From Cladosporium halotolerans (taxonomy: Eukaryota), in assembly GCF_011745625.1 (NCBI RefSeq), contig NW_027191477.1, positions 310,001 through 363,274 of the forward strand: DNA of 53,274 nucleotides, in the 5' to 3' direction. The notes beneath the pieces were generated by a model, which saw only the letters and a program-made list of their open reading frames with translations, did no database searches and had not been told where the DNA came from. The position numbers and the translations under genes were made by a program. This document shows positions 48,707 through 53,274 of the stretch, one piece after another (positions within the stretch are counted from its first letter, which is position 1; the number at the start of each line of letters is the position of its first letter).

Positions 48707-50621
48707 ATGTCGCGCTTTTTCACCACCATCACGTTGGCGTTCGCTCTTGTGAGCAGCGCCGACGCGTTCTTCCGTATCAACTGCGCAAACATCCAACGAG
48801 GCCGTATTGACCCTCTCGTCAACCCTGGCACCCTAGCTGCTCATTCTCACTCTATTGTAGGCGGCTCGAGTAAGCCATCGGTGTACTCAAGGATTCCGTT
48901 CAATCTCGCTGACTCTTTTAGACATCGGCGTGAATGCAACTTTCGATTCGTTGCTCAACTCTCGGTGCACGTCATGCGAAGTCGGCACCGACAAGTCCGC
49001 CTACTGGGCGCCCACGCTGTACTACAAGTATCCCAACGGCTCGTTCTACGAAGTCTACCACAACGGTGCCGTGGTATACTATCTCGGACGTGGGCCCAAC
49101 GTTAACCAGACTGTGCCGTTCCCCGAAGGCTTCATGATCTTGTCAGGAGACAAGTCCGCGCGAAGCTACGACAACACGACCTACACTTACGGCACAGAGC
49201 AGTATCCTGGTCGTCCCGTAGCAGACAGAATCAGTTTCAACTGCATTGACGACGAGATTGTTGAAAAGCAGTACATGCACGATACCTCATGCAAGAATGG
49301 GATGCGTGCCCAAGTCCATTTCCAAAGCTGCTGGAACGGAAGAGAACTTTACAAGCCCGATAACTCACACGTCGCCTATCAAAGCGCTATCGACAACGGT
49401 ATCTGCCCTCCCACTCACCCAGTTCAGATTCCTCACATCTTCCTCGAAGTGCTATACGCCGTCGCCGATGTCCCCGACCTGACAGACGATGGCTTGTTCG
49501 TCTTCTCCCAAGGCGATCCTACAGGCTACGGCTTCCACGCCGACTTTCAAAACGGCTGGGACCCAGACGTACTCGCCAACGCCACGCAGAACTGCCTCGC
49601 CACCGACGACTTCGGGCAGATCTCCAACTGCCCCATCCTCCTTGACTCCCAATCCAGCGCCTTCGGCTTCAACTGCCCCGAGCAACCACCTCAAGTCGAC
49701 GAGCCCACCCGCGGCCTCATCGACAAACTCCCCGGCTGCATCGAGATCACCTTCGGCCCCGAAGCCGCGTCCGCCTCCTCCATGACCTGCCCCCCCAGCG
49801 TCCCCAGACCCGTCATCCGCCAAACCGTCGACTCAGTCCCCCTCCCCACCGTCCGCCCCGCCGTAGGCTCCACCTACCCAACCCCCAATCAACAATACCT
49901 CGGCTGCTTCAACGACAGCGCGGGGACGCAGCGCACGTTGACGGCCTACAGCACGTCCAACTACTCCTTCATGACCGTCGCCTTCTGCCAGGAGATCTGC
50001 AACAGCCGCGGCTTCCGGCTCAGCGGCGTCGAGTACGCGATGGAGTGCTACTGCGACTCCGTCATCAACCCGACCGCCATCTCGGGCTGGCGGGACTGCA
50101 ACTGGAACTGCGGCGGGACGATGGACCTCCCGCAGCAGGAGGTCTGCGGTGGCTACGGGTACATCAATGTGTACAACAACACGGACCCGGACGATGAGAG
50201 GCTTGTGCCGGCGCGTGCGAAGGAGACTGTGGGCAAGTTTGCGAACAAGGGCTGCTTGACGGATCCGAACACGTCGGGCAGGGCGCTGCTGGGGCCGGCC
50301 AAGTTCGATGCGAACATGACGAACGAGATGTGTGTGGGGTTTTGCCAGGGGGAGGGGATGCATTTTGCTGGGTGAGTTGGACGGACTTGTTCCTTTTCCC
50401 GTTGACCGTCCTTCCATTTCCTTTTGACGCGAGATGCTAACACTGTTTCTTGCAGCATCGAGTTCGGCGCCGAATGCTACTGCGGCGACGACATCAACGA
50501 GGCCGGCGGCGCGGTGATACGCACGTGTCCCGTGCAAGGCCTTATGTTGTGTGCCGGCAACCAGAAGCAACTGTGTGGAGGGCCTAGTCTGATGACGCTG
50601 TTTTACTCGGCGACCTTGTGA
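48707..50621 (+). CDS. Secreted DUF1996 plus two WSC-domain protein
   Basis: Signal peptide, RIDPLVNPG..H.H, DKSAYWAP, QSCWNG, GYGFHADF.NGW, then WSC repeats (YLGCF...CQEIC...ECYC). Introns 48870-48921 and 50372-50455. Confidence 0.9.
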
Positions 50622-50768
50622 TTCGTCGATTGGTGAAAGGGATATGGAAGCAATTGGATGATTTAGATCGCGTGGTCACGGCGTTAGCTTTATCAGCATC
50701 GAATTTGAAATGACAATTGTTTTGTATACATGATGCCGTCGCCGCCCCTTCTTGATCTCTCCTGCTGA

Positions 50769-52105
50769 TTACATCAACATGCCGGCAAAAGCTCCCCCGG
50801 GCAAGAACGCAAGCACATCATGTCTGTCCCTATGGTACAGCTGCAAATACATGCAGATAGCAGGACACTCCACCCTAGCCCTCATCCCAACCCACCAGAT
50901 CCCACGCCCCGCCTTACAATACCACAAGTACAGCAAAACCAACGCCACCGGATCCCTCCCCCTAAGCAAACCCGCAAACCGCCCCCGGAAACTCCTCACA
51001 AACAGCCAAACCCGCCCCGTCCCCACCTCCTCATCCCGCAGCGCCAAAACCCGCGCCACGCCATGCGCAGCCTCGAAATACGCGTTCGTCTCCCCCGTAG
51101 ACTCCTCGTCGATCCCGCACAAATCAGCCACCGGCCCGGGCACACCGTCCGTACCCCTGCGTGGCAGCGGCGCGAACATCTCCGCGAACGTCGGCGCCAT
51201 GATGCGGAAAATGCTCCCTGGCCTCAGAGGGTTCACGGCGTGCCACAGGCTCATCTTGCCCTTGCTGATCCGCAGCCAGTCGAAATCTGACGCCCCCGAG
51301 GTCGCCATGGGCCATGCTTGCTCCGGCGTTTCTGCGTCGGGCGAGGTGAAGGTCAGGACGGCGAGGGCGGCGGCTGTGCCCCATGTTGGGTCGAGGGAGG
51401 CGGGTTTGAGGGGGTTTTTAAGGAGTTGGTTGAAGAGGGTTGTTGCTTGGGAGCGGTGGTAGTGTTCGGCTAGGGTGGGACGGGGCGGTTGGGGGTTTCG
51501 GAGGGAGCGGTCGTAGGTGTGGGCCACGGCGAGGGAGGCGTGCATTAGGGCGGGTTGCTGCGTGTGGTGTTGTCTGTCAGCTCGGGCTGGTGTTTCTGAG
51601 GATCGACGCCAAAGGCACGTCAAGTGATTCAAGGTGCAAACTTACCTCAAAGGCGAGTTTAAGGAGTCTGAGGTTGACTTGTGCTACCTCGGCGTCGTCG
51701 GGACTGATGAGGCTCCGTCCAAGATATCGGGTGATGAAGTCTTGACACTTTGCATTCAGCTCATAACGGGTGGACCCATCGCAAGACCATACGCCGCTTG
51801 ACAAGCATCGCGAAGGTCTCACATGCGATCGAAAAACCACTTGTTGCCCTCTAGCGACGGTGATAGGTTGAAGGTCGGGGATGTTGGGCAGGAAGTTACA
51901 TGATATGCCGAAGGAGTGGCACCTCCTGCATTGTGGTCTTTGTTCATCACACTGATAAATGAAAGAGTCAGGGAATCGATGAAACAGAGACTAATCTGCG
52001 AAAAAGGCGTACCTTAAGTTTTCGAAGCTTGCAATTACGACAGCCGTATCTCGATCTTCGCGAAACTCTGCTCTTTCGGCCTTCATTCGACGCAATTGAA
52101 GACAT
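50769..52105 (-). CDS. Zn(II)2Cys6 transcription factor (Upc2-like architecture)
   Basis: SRYGCRNCKLRKLK|CDEQRPQCRRCHSFGISC binuclear cluster. Introns 52012-51952 and 51645-51558. Downstream PALMHASLAV motif. Confidence 0.88.
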
Positions 52106-52678
52106 GGTCGTCCCTTGCTCGGGTTATCGCCCGGTGAATGCTTCAAAACCACCCTGAATTGTTATGTCTCCGAGCGAGGCACATTTACACTTGGGAGGCG
52201 AGATCTTTTGATTTCGAGATATATCTGTCGTTCACTTGCAATCAAATGTACATCATGAGATTCGTGAACGTTAGTATGTCATCTACATGCCAGCGGTAGT
52301 GATACGTGACTAGGTCATAGGAGAAAGTTTGGCTAAAAGTGTCAGAAGGATGTCGGAGCTGCAGTGTCCTTGGTGTTGGACTACGCGAAGGTGACCCGGC
52401 TTCGAGCGTACCCGCCGTCGACGCTAGCCATCTCTCGGAAGCAGATGCCTCTGATTGGCCGCCAGGCACGACACCAGGTCCATACGTATAACATGTTGAA
52501 CTCGAAAGATGGATTGAAAGGTACTGCGCAGCACGGTCACCGAGTCCATATAAGCGGCTCCTCCTCGACCTTTCCTTCCAAAACCCCTTCCAACGCCCCA
52601 CCAGAAACGTCAAACTGTTGTTCATAACACTATCGATCCACCAACAACGCATCCCCAAATCCTACCTAATCAATCAAA

Positions 52679-53274
52679 ATGCCGACTCACCTCGCCGCCC
52701 TCACCCCCTCGAAAGCCGAACCCCTCCAAACCCTCCCCCTCCCCACCCCCCGCCCGGGCCCCAACGACCTCCTCATCGAAACCCGCTCCCTCGCCCTCAA
52801 CCCCGCCGACCACCTCATCCGCTCCACGGGCCTCTTGATCCCGCCCGCCGCCTACCCGACCGCAACAGGCTTCGACCTCGCCGGCGTGGTCCTCGAAGTC
52901 GGCGAAAACGTGCCAGACGCGCACGAGGGCCCCGTCTTCCAGCCAGGGACGCGAGTAGCAGCCTACGCCGGCTGGGTCTGGAAAGGCTGCTGCGGGGCGG
53001 CCTACGGCGCGTTTCAGGAAAAGTGTCTCGTGCCGTGGCAGCACGCTGCCGTTCTGCCGCAGACCGGCGTGACGTGGAACGAGGCCGCGACGCTGCCCGT
53101 AGCGTTCTGCACGGCGCTGAGCGCGTGGGACGCGCTGGGCCTTCCACGCGTGGGCGGGTCGGACGGCGTGCAGACGGGAGAGGAGGAAGGGGGGAGAGAG
53201 GCGCTGCTGGTCTGGGGCGCGAGTTCGAGCGTGGGGACGGCGGGCGTGCAGAGCGCGTGCACGTTGCGGGGGGG
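52679..53274 (+). CDS. Medium-chain (GroES-like) dehydrogenase/enoyl-reductase-like, 3'-truncated by window
   Basis: ATG at 52679, open to the window end: ALNPAD, GFDLAGVV, YGAFQE, AATLP, LLVWGASSSVG. Absent from the ORF track because there is no stop in the window. Confidence 0.88.
   Translation, partial: MPTHLAALTPSKAEPLQTLPLPTPRPGPNDLLIETRSLALNPADHLIRSTGLLIPPAAYPTATGFDLAGVVLEVGENVPDAHEGPVFQPGTRVAAYAGWVWKGCCGAAYGAFQEKCLVPWQHAAVLPQTGVTWNEAATLPVAFCTALSAWDALGLPRVGGSDGVQTGEEEGGREALLVWGASSSVGTAGVQSACTLRG

Noticed and set aside
1..53274. CRISPR arrays, tRNA/rRNA genes, transposon or RIP-degraded AT-rich blocks
   Set aside because: None recognised by eye. A tRNAscan-SE/Infernal/RepeatMasker run would be needed to exclude small or degenerate elements.

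Overview
Eukaryotic, intron-containing, gene-dense DNA from a filamentous ascomycete. Short GT-AG introns with CTRAC branch sites and high GC3 suggest a Dothideomycete-like fungus, but that placement is inference only. About 27 protein-coding genes can be reconstructed by hand. Many are housekeeping genes: H2A.Z, prephenate dehydratase, eRF1, Bur1 CDK, MCM2, a UBR7-like protein, a MYST acetyltransferase, Fap7, Ham1, eS1, the SNF1 beta subunit and a tiny complex I subunit. Accessory genes include a GH43, an SDR, an acid phosphatase, a sugar porter, a P450, a DUF1996-WSC protein, a Zn2Cys6 factor and an MDR reductase. I found no tRNA, rRNA, CRISPR array or recognisable transposon. The most interesting signals are at the RNA-processing level. 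(1) Two unrelated genes about 9 kb apart (SDR, 30664-30820 +; sugar porter, 39513-39725 -) each contain a nested intron-in-donor structure matching a [D1,2] spliceosomal twin intron (stwintron), and the two share an identical 15-nt junction, TCTTTGCAG|TATGTC. (2) The eRF1 gene has a UGA-C leaky-type stop plus 3'UTR intron(s), resembling a readthrough/NMD autoregulatory cassette. All exon models are manual and untested against transcripts.
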